Of a stretch of DNA of 39,395 bases, positions 25,913 through 34,827 are shown piece by piece. The number at the start of each line of letters is the position of its first letter. The stretch's first letter is position 1. The position numbers were made by a program, and so were the translations under genes. This DNA comes from Fibrobacteria bacterium (GTDB lineage Bacteria; Fibrobacterota; Chitinivibrionia; Chitinivibrionales; FEN-1185): positions 1-39,395 of the forward strand of contig JBBIGR010000046.1 in the NCBI GenBank assembly GCA_037447435.1. The letters are read 5' to 3'. The notes under the pieces were generated by a model. It worked only from the letters and a program-made list of their open reading frames with translations. It was not told the origin of the DNA and did no database searches.

Positions 25913-26536
25913 TCAATACCCCGTATACTCATACTGCTTTTTCGCTTTATCCGGATTGCATTGGGCCCAGTATTCGTAGTTGTTGAAAAAATCCTTCTTT
26001 TCCCGATCGCCCATGCTCTTTTTAGCCGAATTTTTCGTATCGTTTTGCGTATAACGAATTTTACCGTTTGCATTTTTTATGATTGCGTCGAATTGTTCGG
26101 GCGACACGAGCTCTAGGGCATTGTCCACGCGGGTAAGACCGCCCGACGGTTTTCCAAATCCCTGTGTCGGCGCGGAAATCGGCACCGGCGAGGTTGTTTG
26201 CACGCAGAAATAGGTTTTCCCCGGCATGAAGGACAATTTGACAATAGCGACATTGTCGATTCTGGACATGACGTAATGGGTACCCACCTCGACGGGCATC
26301 ATCAGCGTGGTATTGATCGTGGTTGCGGCTTCATAGGCGCCGTCCAGATATATCGACCCTAATTTTTCAGCATTGTAAAGGGACCCCTGAAGCGGGGCGG
26401 GACGAACGATCATGAGAATCGCGGTTTTGCCCGACGCCCTGATTTCCGGCATTTCCGTGGTGTACAAAATCGTCGGCGAGCAGGCTGTCACGATCAATGC
26501 CGTGCAGACGGCCAAAAGCGCAATTGCATTCCTCAT
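25913..26536 (-). CDS. lipoprotein, DUF2846-like
   Basis: AAGGAG RBS, start MRNAIALL, lipobox VTAC; IVRP...IYLDG......V..G.H......PGKTYF pattern. Confidence 0.7.
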   Translation of the reverse strand: MRNAIALLAVCTALIVTACSPTILYTTEMPEIRASGKTAILMIVRPAPLQGSLYNAEKLGSIYLDGAYEAATTINTTLMMPVEVGTHYVMSRIDNVAIVKLSFMPGKTYFCVQTTSPVPISAPTQGFGKPSGGLTRVDNALELVSPEQFDAIIKNANGKIRYTQNDTKNSAKKSMGDREKKDFFNNYEYWAQCNPDKAKKQYEYTGY

Positions 26537-26577
26537 TATCGTCTCCTTACAGTGTTGTGCATGCGATACCGGACGTA

Positions 26578-27417
26578 TCATAATGTCGTTTCGAACGAGT
26601 TGCCTACGGCGAAGCATTTCATCTGTTTCTTGCGTTTTGCAACAATTTCGTTCGAGGCCTTTACCATGGCGTCGACCTGGTCGTCCGTGCGCTCACGGTT
26701 CAGGTGAAACAGGCCCAATCGTTTTACCCCTGCAGTCAAACCGAGTTTTACCGCATCGGTAAACACCGAATGGCCGAAATGGCGGTTATACGGATAATCT
26801 TTGGCGGAAAATTCTGCGTCGTGAACGAGCAAATCGGCGTTTTGTGAAAACTCCGCATATTCCTTAAGGGTATGTCCGCCGTCGTGCACGTATTCCAGCT
26901 CATTGTCGGTAAGGAACACAAACGACGTGTTTCCCTCCTCGAAACGGAAGCCCAAGCCCCCGTTCGGATGCGACAAAAATATGGGCCGCACCGTGATTGA
27001 ACCGATAGTAAAAGGGTTTGTGCCGCAATTATCGAATTCGAGTTTCGCCTTGACATCCTTGAGAAGGACCGGAAAATACGGGGCGATCATGATGCCCTCG
27101 AGTATTTCCCGATACGACGGCGAAACAAAGCTGTTGCCGTGTATGGTGATGTTCGTGCCTTTTTGGTATATGGGCATAAAAAACGGAAAACCCATGATGT
27201 GATCGAGATGTGCATGGGTAAACAGCATATGGATCTTTTTCGTTTTTGATTTTGCCAATTTAGTGCTCAGGCCGCGAATGCCGCTTCCCGCATCAACCAC
27301 GATGATGTCGCCTTTTTTCGATCGGATTTCAAGACAGGTCGTGTCGCCGCCATACCGGTTGAATTGCTTTCCGCTTACCGGCAACGACCCGCGCGATCCC
27401 CAGCACCGAATATACAT
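26578..27417 (-). CDS. MBL-fold metallo-hydrolase
   Basis: WGSRGS.P, YGGDTTC, DAGSG, THAHLDH..G.PFF, HP, TDNE and LFH. Confidence 0.93.
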   Translation of the reverse strand: MYIRCWGSRGSLPVSGKQFNRYGGDTTCLEIRSKKGDIIVVDAGSGIRGLSTKLAKSKTKKIHMLFTHAHLDHIMGFPFFMPIYQKGTNITIHGNSFVSPSYREILEGIMIAPYFPVLLKDVKAKLEFDNCGTNPFTIGSITVRPIFLSHPNGGLGFRFEEGNTSFVFLTDNELEYVHDGGHTLKEYAEFSQNADLLVHDAEFSAKDYPYNRHFGHSVFTDAVKLGLTAGVKRLGLFHLNRERTDDQVDAMVKASNEIVAKRKKQMKCFAVGNSFETTL

Positions 27418-27593
27418 AGCATCTCCGTTGGAGGAATTCCGTTACTATTATACTATTAAAACGTGCTTTGAAAAAATACTTTTCCACCCTTATATATAAT
27501 CAATTCGCATTCTTTTTTCCCGCGAATAATAATTATACCTATTCGGAAAAGACTATGGCGAGAAAAAAATCTTTTCCCCGCATTGCCCTTTCT

Positions 27594-28421
27594 TCAAGAT
27601 TCCGGCGGATTTGATTCGTTACGCGCACACTGTTTCAAAATATCCTGAATCACGCAGCCGGCCAGAAAGAAGCCATACGTCCCGGTTATATGGACGACAG
27701 AACCGTTGATCTGTTTTTTCTTACTGCACCATTCATGAGCGTCTGCCGTATCGCCGTCTTCATCTATTACGGATTTGGGGCACAGGCATTGTCCGGTACC
27801 GCAGCTGCTTTGGACGTCGTGCAACGGCAGGTTTTCTTCGCTGTAGACGCAGGTGACTTCGCCGTTGAACCCTTTGCGACGCAACCGCTTGCGCACGTAA
27901 CGACCCAGCGGGCATCCTTGCGAATCCCATAACGACGCTATTCGTATTTGTAACGGATCGAGTTTGTTCGACGCGCCCAGCGCGGTATAAACCTTTGCCC
28001 CGGCGGCATGGGCGGCAATGATCAAATCGACCTTATTGCTGAGACTGTCTATGGCGTCTATGGCATAATGGTAATTTTCGAGCAAAAACGACGGCGCAAG
28101 CGAACGGTTGAATACCGTTTGCATCGGCGTTATCGTAGCATCGGGATTGATATCCCTGAGACGCGCGGCCAAAAGCTCCACCTTGGATTTGCCGACCGTG
28201 CTTCGCAACGCCTGCACTTGACGATTAATATTCGTCACGCAGACCACGTCGGAATCGACCAGCGTGATGGTGCCGATTCCCGACCTGACCAATGCTTCGG
28301 CGCAATAACTTCCAACCCCGCCGACGCCGAAAACAATGATTTTCGCCTGGTCCAGACTTTTTAGCCCTTTTGCGCCGGTAAGAATTTCGAGCCTATGAAA
28401 ACTTGGATTTTTATCCGTCAC
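27594..28421 (-). CDS. tcdA: tRNA threonylcarbamoyladenosine dehydratase (ThiF family)
   Basis: GVGGVGS..AEAL.RSG.G, TNINRQ, DAIDS...K, GA.NKLDP, CPL...VRK.LR and VYSEE. Confidence 0.88.
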   Translation of the reverse strand: MTDKNPSFHRLEILTGAKGLKSLDQAKIIVFGVGGVGSYCAEALVRSGIGTITLVDSDVVCVTNINRQVQALRSTVGKSKVELLAARLRDINPDATITPMQTVFNRSLAPSFLLENYHYAIDAIDSLSNKVDLIIAAHAAGAKVYTALGASNKLDPLQIRIASLWDSQGCPLGRYVRKRLRRKGFNGEVTCVYSEENLPLHDVQSSCGTGQCLCPKSVIDEDGDTADAHEWCSKKKQINGSVVHITGTYGFFLAGCVIQDILKQCARNESNPPES

Positions 28422-28503
28422 GGTAATTTTGTTCTATTGTATTGATGCTGCGTATCGGCGCATAAGGTCGCACCGAATAAAATACTTCGGAACCATGCCC
28501 GGT

Positions 28504-29418
28504 TCATCGCGCATTTTGCCGTTGTTGCTTTTTGAAATCCGCGACGCAGGCAAGCTCACCCAATTGCCCGGCGACGGGCAAAGGAGCATAGCCCAGGGCA
28601 AAGGCCTTTTCACTGCGAAGCGACGCGTCGCGGGCGCGCTTGGCCGGGGCGGTGAATTCTTTTTGCAAAGCGGGTTTTACAAGCGATACATCTGCGCCGC
28701 ATGCCTCGCAAAGAAGTGTGCCCATTTCAAACCGGGACAGGCGAAAAGCCCCGCCCAAATGAAACGTTTCGCCGGTTTTCCCTATTGTCAGTAACAGCCC
28801 CCTGCTCGCGGTCCGGCCGCTCACCGGGGTGCGGAATTCGTCGGTGAAAAGCCTGATCTCTTTTTTTTCACTCATCTGTTGCATGAGCGGTTGAATGAAA
28901 CTTTTCGACCACGGCCCGACATCGCCGAACATGAGCGGCATGCGGCAAATCACCACGCCGGGATGAACGCGGCGCATGGCTTTTTCAGCTTCCGCTTTGT
29001 GAACGCCGTACACGTTGAGCGGCCCGAGCGCATCGGTTTCCCCGTACGGCGCATGCTCGCCGTCGAACACAAGATCGGTAGAGGTAAACGAACAATCGAT
29101 GCCCATATCCGCGCATATTTTTGCCAGCGCAACACTCGCATCCACATTTAACGCATGCGATTTTTCCGGGTCTTTCTCGCAGGCATTGGGATCGGGCAAT
29201 GCCGCGCAATGGACGACCGCGGACGGTTGTATTGTTTGCAAAGCGACCCGCGTCGCTTCGGGGTCTTGCACGTCGATGCGGACGGTTTTGACGCCGTCGA
29301 TGGAAAACGCATGGGAAAAATAAGCGCCGTACACCTCCCAGTTGCCCTGGAAAACCGCCTCACGGCACACATTCCATCCCAAAAATCCCGACGCACCGGT
29401 GACGAGCAAACGCGGCAT
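28504..29418 (-). CDS. RmlD-like NAD(P)-dependent sugar-nucleotide reductase (extended SDR)
   Basis: LLVTGASGFLG, STDLVFDG...PY.E.D...P...YG..K and FTDEFRTP. Start placed at MPRLLV. Confidence 0.88.
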   Translation of the reverse strand: MPRLLVTGASGFLGWNVCREAVFQGNWEVYGAYFSHAFSIDGVKTVRIDVQDPEATRVALQTIQPSAVVHCAALPDPNACEKDPEKSHALNVDASVALAKICADMGIDCSFTSTDLVFDGEHAPYGETDALGPLNVYGVHKAEAEKAMRRVHPGVVICRMPLMFGDVGPWSKSFIQPLMQQMSEKKEIRLFTDEFRTPVSGRTASRGLLLTIGKTGETFHLGGAFRLSRFEMGTLLCEACGADVSLVKPALQKEFTAPAKRARDASLRSEKAFALGYAPLPVAGQLGELACVADFKKQQRQNAR

Positions 29419-29469
29419 ACTGATTCCTTTGTCTATCCCCAATAGTTTTGGCAAAGGGGAAACACGGGG

Positions 29470-30780
29470 TCATCGCACAAAATAAAAATACGAGGCGCTC
29501 ATGATGCAGCCGGCCGCAAAAATGCATAGGGACGGCACGAAAATATATTTGTACGTATCGAACATGCGCGACTTGAAATACTCATTCGATACCACGAAAC
29601 AGATATGGACAGGCGATAATATCATGCCCATATAGCCGCAGCCGTATGCAAAGGTCGTGGCAGCCAACACGACGTTCAACGGCGGCGACGTGCCGATGAG
29701 CGCGAACACGATGGGAAACGACGCGCCGACAAAGCCGAACGCCACGCCGGTTACTGCGCCGGAAATAAACGGGATAAGCGCAATGACCAGCAGCAGCGGA
29801 ATGCCCATTGCCAAAAATTCGTCGCGCATCAGGGTCACCAATGTTCCGCCGTGGCCGATGGGAACGGTCAGGGCGCCGGAAAAGACCTGAATGCCGAGCA
29901 CCAGCAGCATCATTTCCCAGGTATTTTCTTTTTTAAACATGTTCATGGCCGGTTTTAAGAACCGGATATTGCGCCAATAAATCGCGACAAGGCCGACAAG
30001 CAATGCAACGACCATTGCCAAAATATTACCTAATGTCCGCGATGTGCCGAGCCCCGGGATCACAAACGAGCCGACAAGCGACAGGCCGACGAGAATGCCT
30101 ATGGGCCACAGCGTTTGGGAAACCGCCTTGAAATCAAGTTTGCCGCGACCTGCCGTCGTTTCGTTTAGCGAACTGCGCGCGACTTTTTTTATAATAAAGA
30201 AATATCCTGCAGTTGCTGCGGCAATTGTAAAGGGCATTTGAATGAGGAAAAACAGGCCCGACGGAAGCCCGGAATATTTTATCGCCAATATTATACCGGG
30301 ATACAACGGCCACCAATATTCCCATATGTGACGAAACCAATAATTAATTGCGGACTTTTGCGCTGCGGGAAGCCGGTTTTGATTGTCCACAGCTTCGACA
30401 AGGGGTGCTGAAAATAATGCTCCGCCGGGCATGGGAAGCAAACCGATAAGCGCGGGGAAACCGGCAAGCAAAGCCCGGGGATTTTTCAGCCAGGTTTGCA
30501 AGGCATCTATGGTTTTTTTCATTTTGCCGGTTTTGTCGAGCGATTCGGTGAAAAACAACAGTAATAATATAACGATAAGCAACACATAATTCTCGGGCGA
30601 CATCAGCATATGCAACTGATGCGAAAATCCGGGTAAACCGGCATTGGTCCAAACGGTTAGGCCAACGGCAAAAATCAAAATCGAATAACCGAGCGAAAGC
30701 CCGGCCCTGTATGCGATGAGTATACCCAAAAACGAGGCACCTACCTTTATATAGGCAGGCGCATTGATGAAAAACTCCAT
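29470..30780 (-). CDS. DUF401 family membrane protein (putative transporter)
   Basis: PALIGLLPMPGGALFSAP, NYWFRHIWEYWWPLYPG and SPVHIC; many TM helices. Confidence 0.88.
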   Translation of the reverse strand: MEFFINAPAYIKVGASFLGILIAYRAGLSLGYSILIFAVGLTVWTNAGLPGFSHQLHMLMSPENYVLLIVILLLLFFTESLDKTGKMKKTIDALQTWLKNPRALLAGFPALIGLLPMPGGALFSAPLVEAVDNQNRLPAAQKSAINYWFRHIWEYWWPLYPGIILAIKYSGLPSGLFFLIQMPFTIAAATAGYFFIIKKVARSSLNETTAGRGKLDFKAVSQTLWPIGILVGLSLVGSFVIPGLGTSRTLGNILAMVVALLVGLVAIYWRNIRFLKPAMNMFKKENTWEMMLLVLGIQVFSGALTVPIGHGGTLVTLMRDEFLAMGIPLLLVIALIPFISGAVTGVAFGFVGASFPIVFALIGTSPPLNVVLAATTFAYGCGYMGMILSPVHICFVVSNEYFKSRMFDTYKYIFVPSLCIFAAGCIMSASYFYFVR

Positions 30781-30961
30781 TTTTTTCCTTTATTTAACGG
30801 TCATTACGAGCGGCACATCAAAATAGTATTTGGTAGTCAATTTTTCATCGACCACCGCATATAGTGATTGAAAAAGTATCGATCCTTTGATATAATAAAT
30901 TTATTCGTTTAAGCCCATAACTCGATTATCCAAATTTGTAACCGGGACAAAGCAGTAAAAC

Positions 30962-32971
30962 ATGGTCTCTCTCATGCTTGTTGCTGAAAATGAACGCGAA
31001 TCTCAAATCCTGAAAATGGCATTTGAGCAACGAGGCGTTACCGTGCTTTTGTCCAAAGCCCAATATCAGAATTATATAAAGACATTGCAATACCAGCCCG
31101 ACATCATTCTCATGGAATTGCCTCGCACGCATATGCAGCAGCTTCACTTTGCCGAATTGCTCAAGGCGCATAAAAAGGCGAAACGCATACCCATCATCGG
31201 GTATGGCGATTCCATGGACACGGTCGAAAAAAACGGCGCAGTCAAGGTCGGAATAAATTACTATTTCGACCGTCCGCTTAAATTTTCCGTTTTGGTCAAA
31301 ACGATAGAAACCCTGCTCAAGCAATTCAATAAAAATCTTGACGTGAAAGCGCCGGCACAGGACAAGGAAAAAGACATCGAATTGCTGCTCGCATCCGACA
31401 CGCTGCCGCTCAAGAAAATCGAAATCATGAGCTCGTATGTCGCCACCATACTCGCGTTTCCGTTTACCGTTGCAAAAGTGCTGAGCCTTGCCGAAAGCGA
31501 AAAGGCAGGGGCGAACGATCTGGCGCGGGTGATCGAGGCCGATCCTGTTTTGTCGACGCAGATACTCAAACTGTCGAATTCCGTGCTGTTTGCCAGCTTG
31601 AACAGAAGGATTTCGACGATAAAAGACGCGATCGTACGCATCGGTTTCAAAGAAACCAAACGGCTGGTCATGAGCATGTCGGTCATGCAACTTTTCGATC
31701 CTGCAAACAAGAGCCTGGGCTTCGACCGCATCGCGTTTTGGTGTCATTCGCTGGCGACAAGCATTATCGCGGAACGGCTGGCACGGCGCGCCGGAGGGAT
31801 CAATTCCGACGAAGTGTTTTTGGCAGGTCTTTTGCACGATTTCGGTATCATCATACTCGACGAATTTTTCCCCACGATTTTCTCCAAGGTGCTCGAAGAC
31901 ACGGCAAACAGCGGCGGGCTTTTTATCGAACGCGAAAAGATGATGCTCGGCATTCACCACAACGATGTGGTCGCCGAATTATTTACAAAATGGAAACTTC
32001 CCGAACTGGTCCGCGAAGGAATCGTTCACCAATACGATGCCGACGGCTACAAGGACGCCATCGACACGCCGGAGAAAAAATATTCGGTTTGCGTGGCAAT
32101 GGGAAACGCGCTGGCAAAGACCGTGTCGGTGGGCAAGGAATGCGACCAATTCGTTTCGCCGCTGCCCAATCAGTTCTTTGCTTTTGCAAAGATGCAAACC
32201 GGGTTTTCGAAAACATTTCTGGAAGAAGTCTATAACGAACTGAAAATTTACAAAGAATTCCTGAAGCTGGACATGCCCGACCCCGCAAGCAACCGCGAAG
32301 GCCTGTCGATATCGGAAAAAACCCATGTCGGCATCATGAACATGACGCCTGACGTTTTCGTGCCGCCGCTGTTGTTTTTCCAGAAGGAAGGCATAAATGT
32401 CAACTTAATGGTCAATGCCGGCGGACTTGCGAAATACGACGGCGTATTCGACCTTGTTTTCGTGTGGGGCGGCGAAAAAACCACAGTGGAAGAAATAAAT
32501 TCCCTGAGCCATATCGTCCGGTTTGCGGAAACGCCGCCGCCGCCGGAATCGCCTCCTGTTTTTTGCCCCATAATGGCGATGATACCGCCGGAATCGGGCG
32601 AAACATTCCAAAAACCGTTGCTCAAAAGCTTATCGTGCGCGTACAACAGGATCGATTTGCGTCAGCTCGACAAATTCACCTCGAGCGTACTCATGGGGAA
32701 AATTATTGCCTTGTCGGAAATCGACGCACAATTAAAAACGACGCTCTTTGTTCCGCAACCCATGAAACAGGCTTCGCCACCCGAGCAAAGTGCCGAACAG
32801 GGCGCCGAGAAAGCTGTGGAGACGGGCGAAAAGAAAAAAGACGAAAAAGCGCAGGCAACAACCGATAATACTGCTGCGGCGCCGGAAAAATCCGAGGCAA
32901 AGCCGGACATAAAACAAAATTCGAATAAAACGGATGCGCAAAAAGCATCTTCTATAAAAGCGGCAAAATAG
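30962..32971 (+). CDS. pseudo-receiver + HDOD domain protein
   Basis: DP.L...ILKLSNS..F, I.DAIVRIG, FW.HSL and AGLLHDFG (HDOD); N-terminal REC-like PDIILMEL; low-complexity tail. Confidence 0.88.
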   Translation: MVSLMLVAENERESQILKMAFEQRGVTVLLSKAQYQNYIKTLQYQPDIILMELPRTHMQQLHFAELLKAHKKAKRIPIIGYGDSMDTVEKNGAVKVGINYYFDRPLKFSVLVKTIETLLKQFNKNLDVKAPAQDKEKDIELLLASDTLPLKKIEIMSSYVATILAFPFTVAKVLSLAESEKAGANDLARVIEADPVLSTQILKLSNSVLFASLNRRISTIKDAIVRIGFKETKRLVMSMSVMQLFDPANKSLGFDRIAFWCHSLATSIIAERLARRAGGINSDEVFLAGLLHDFGIIILDEFFPTIFSKVLEDTANSGGLFIEREKMMLGIHHNDVVAELFTKWKLPELVREGIVHQYDADGYKDAIDTPEKKYSVCVAMGNALAKTVSVGKECDQFVSPLPNQFFAFAKMQTGFSKTFLEEVYNELKIYKEFLKLDMPDPASNREGLSISEKTHVGIMNMTPDVFVPPLLFFQKEGINVNLMVNAGGLAKYDGVFDLVFVWGGEKTTVEEINSLSHIVRFAETPPPPESPPVFCPIMAMIPPESGETFQKPLLKSLSCAYNRIDLRQLDKFTSSVLMGKIIALSEIDAQLKTTLFVPQPMKQASPPEQSAEQGAEKAVETGEKKKDEKAQATTDNTAAAPEKSEAKPDIKQNSNKTDAQKASSIKAAK

Positions 32972-33053
32972 AATTATTTTTGAAACATATCGGGTTTTAT
33001 ACAAAATCAGCTCTTTTCGCATGCGTGCGCATTGAGTTGAGGAGAATAGAATT

Positions 33054-34451
33054 ATGAAAAAAATCGAAGTTGTAAACCTGCAGAGCGGCGCTTTATGCGA
33101 ATCGGATTTGTTCACCGAAAGCGGTGAATTGCTTGTTTCAAAAGGCATGACCATTACGGAAAAGCATCTTGATATAATGCGCCGACGCAACATTTACGAA
33201 GTGTATGCGAAACTCGCCGACGAAGCCGAAGAATTGCATAAGATCATGACCATGGATTTCGGCCAACTCGAAGAGCTTAATTTCGACGATCCCGCGCACA
33301 GCGTGTTAAAGGCGCCCAAGAAATATCCGACGCCGAAGGCGATGAGCAATCCGGCGCTGCAGGGTATCAAGGCGGGTCAGGACGGTTTGGCGCAGCTTGC
33401 CAATTCCGAAAAAGCAAAGGCCCTGGATAACACGATAAAAGACGGTGTGTTTTCCGACAAACCCGTGGGCGTCGCGTTGAAAATGCGCTCGGCCCAAATT
33501 ACGGTCGGCCAGCGGACGGCTACCTATAAAACCGAAATGAAGACAAACTATGCCGATGCTTTGCAGCAAGTCAAAAGCATTTTGATTTCGGTGGCGGACA
33601 ATAAATCCATGGACGCGACGATCATCCGGAATCTGGTCGAACGGTTTGTGAAGACATGGGTTACCGATAGAAATATGACGCTCAATTTGACCCATTCCAA
33701 GCCGACCGACGACGATTATTTATACCATCATTCCCTCAACGTTTGCCTACTGGCGCTCAATATCGCGGCTGCATACGGATACAGCGAAAAGCAGGTGGTT
33801 GATATCGGCATAGGCGCCACACTGCACGACGTTGGCATGATGCTGGTGCCGCAGGAAATTTTTAAGAAAAAGGGTCGTTTGACAAGAGATGAATGGTACG
33901 AAGTCCAGAAGCACTCGATTCTTGGATTGCATCTGCTCGAAAACATGACCAGGCTTCCGGAATCGTCGCAGTTTATCGCCTATCAGACCCATGAACGTGA
34001 AAACGGCTCCGGCTATCCCAAGCAGCGAAGCGGTCGTTTGATCCATTGTTTCTCGAAAATCGTGCAAATCGCGGATGTCTACGAATCGCTTTCCTCGCCG
34101 CGGGAATACCGCGACGCTTTTTTGCCGTATAAAGCGATGGAAACCATCATCAAAATGTCGCGCAAGAACCTTTTGTGCAGTGAATATGTCAAGGCCTTCA
34201 TCTCGTATATGTCGTTATTTCCCATCGGTAGCCTTGTCGAGCTGTCCGATAAAACCATCGGGAAGGTCGTGCATTCAAACGAAGCGCATTTCACCAAGCC
34301 CGTGGTCAGTATCATTGCCGGGCCGCAGTCGAAATTATTGCCTATCGATAAAATGTTCCAAATCGACCTTGTTAAAAGGCAGGATTTACAGATTATACGC
34401 GCGGTTGAGGCCAAGGAATTGCCGAATCAGGACATCATGTCGGGCTTTTGA
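33054..34451 (+). CDS. HD-GYP domain protein
   Basis: HSLNV, LHDVG, HER..GSGYP, ADVYE.L...R.YR and FPIGSLVELSD. Confidence 0.9.
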   Translation: MKKIEVVNLQSGALCESDLFTESGELLVSKGMTITEKHLDIMRRRNIYEVYAKLADEAEELHKIMTMDFGQLEELNFDDPAHSVLKAPKKYPTPKAMSNPALQGIKAGQDGLAQLANSEKAKALDNTIKDGVFSDKPVGVALKMRSAQITVGQRTATYKTEMKTNYADALQQVKSILISVADNKSMDATIIRNLVERFVKTWVTDRNMTLNLTHSKPTDDDYLYHHSLNVCLLALNIAAAYGYSEKQVVDIGIGATLHDVGMMLVPQEIFKKKGRLTRDEWYEVQKHSILGLHLLENMTRLPESSQFIAYQTHERENGSGYPKQRSGRLIHCFSKIVQIADVYESLSSPREYRDAFLPYKAMETIIKMSRKNLLCSEYVKAFISYMSLFPIGSLVELSDKTIGKVVHSNEAHFTKPVVSIIAGPQSKLLPIDKMFQIDLVKRQDLQIIRAVEAKELPNQDIMSGF

Positions 34452-34761
34452 TACTTCAAATTACCACCAAAATCTTCACGGTCAATAAAAACAAGATTCT
34501 GGTAAGATAATACTACAGAAAACTTTTCCGGCCTTTGTGCAGATTTGATAGTTTTCCGTTATGCCGCTATCGAAAACAGGATCTTTGCCCGGAAAGAGCA
34601 AAACCTCTCGTAATAAAGAACCCGACCAAATGAAGCATGAGTTTTTCCCGTGATGGCTGATCACCTTTCAGTTTGTTGAGCAAGAATACGGCTAGCAGGA
34701 GCGTCGGTAAGTATTGCGCCGTAAAACCAGTGTGCCACTAAATAAAAATACGTGCCACAAA

Positions 34762-34788
34762 GTGTTACGATAATTATTTTAGTAACAC
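34762..34788. promoter_or_regulatory. NikR-type operator
   Basis: GTGTTAC-N13-GTAACAC perfect inverted repeat, 39 bp upstream of the TonB-dependent receptor start. Confidence 0.75.
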
Positions 34789-34827
34789 GATCTGCGTACT
34801 CAACTATTGGAAGAAGGAGGATGTTCG

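Noticed and set aside
34600..34760. Cobalamin or c-di-GMP riboswitch upstream of the TonB-dependent receptor
   Set aside because: GCCACT is present, but the other cobalamin core elements (GGGAA, CCCGC.ACTGT, GGGAAG) and the GEMM pattern are not. The NikR-type palindrome explains the region better.
34735..34760. Sigma-54 promoter on the minus strand (TGGCACG)
   Set aside because: No TTGC -12 element at the required spacing and no credible downstream gene.
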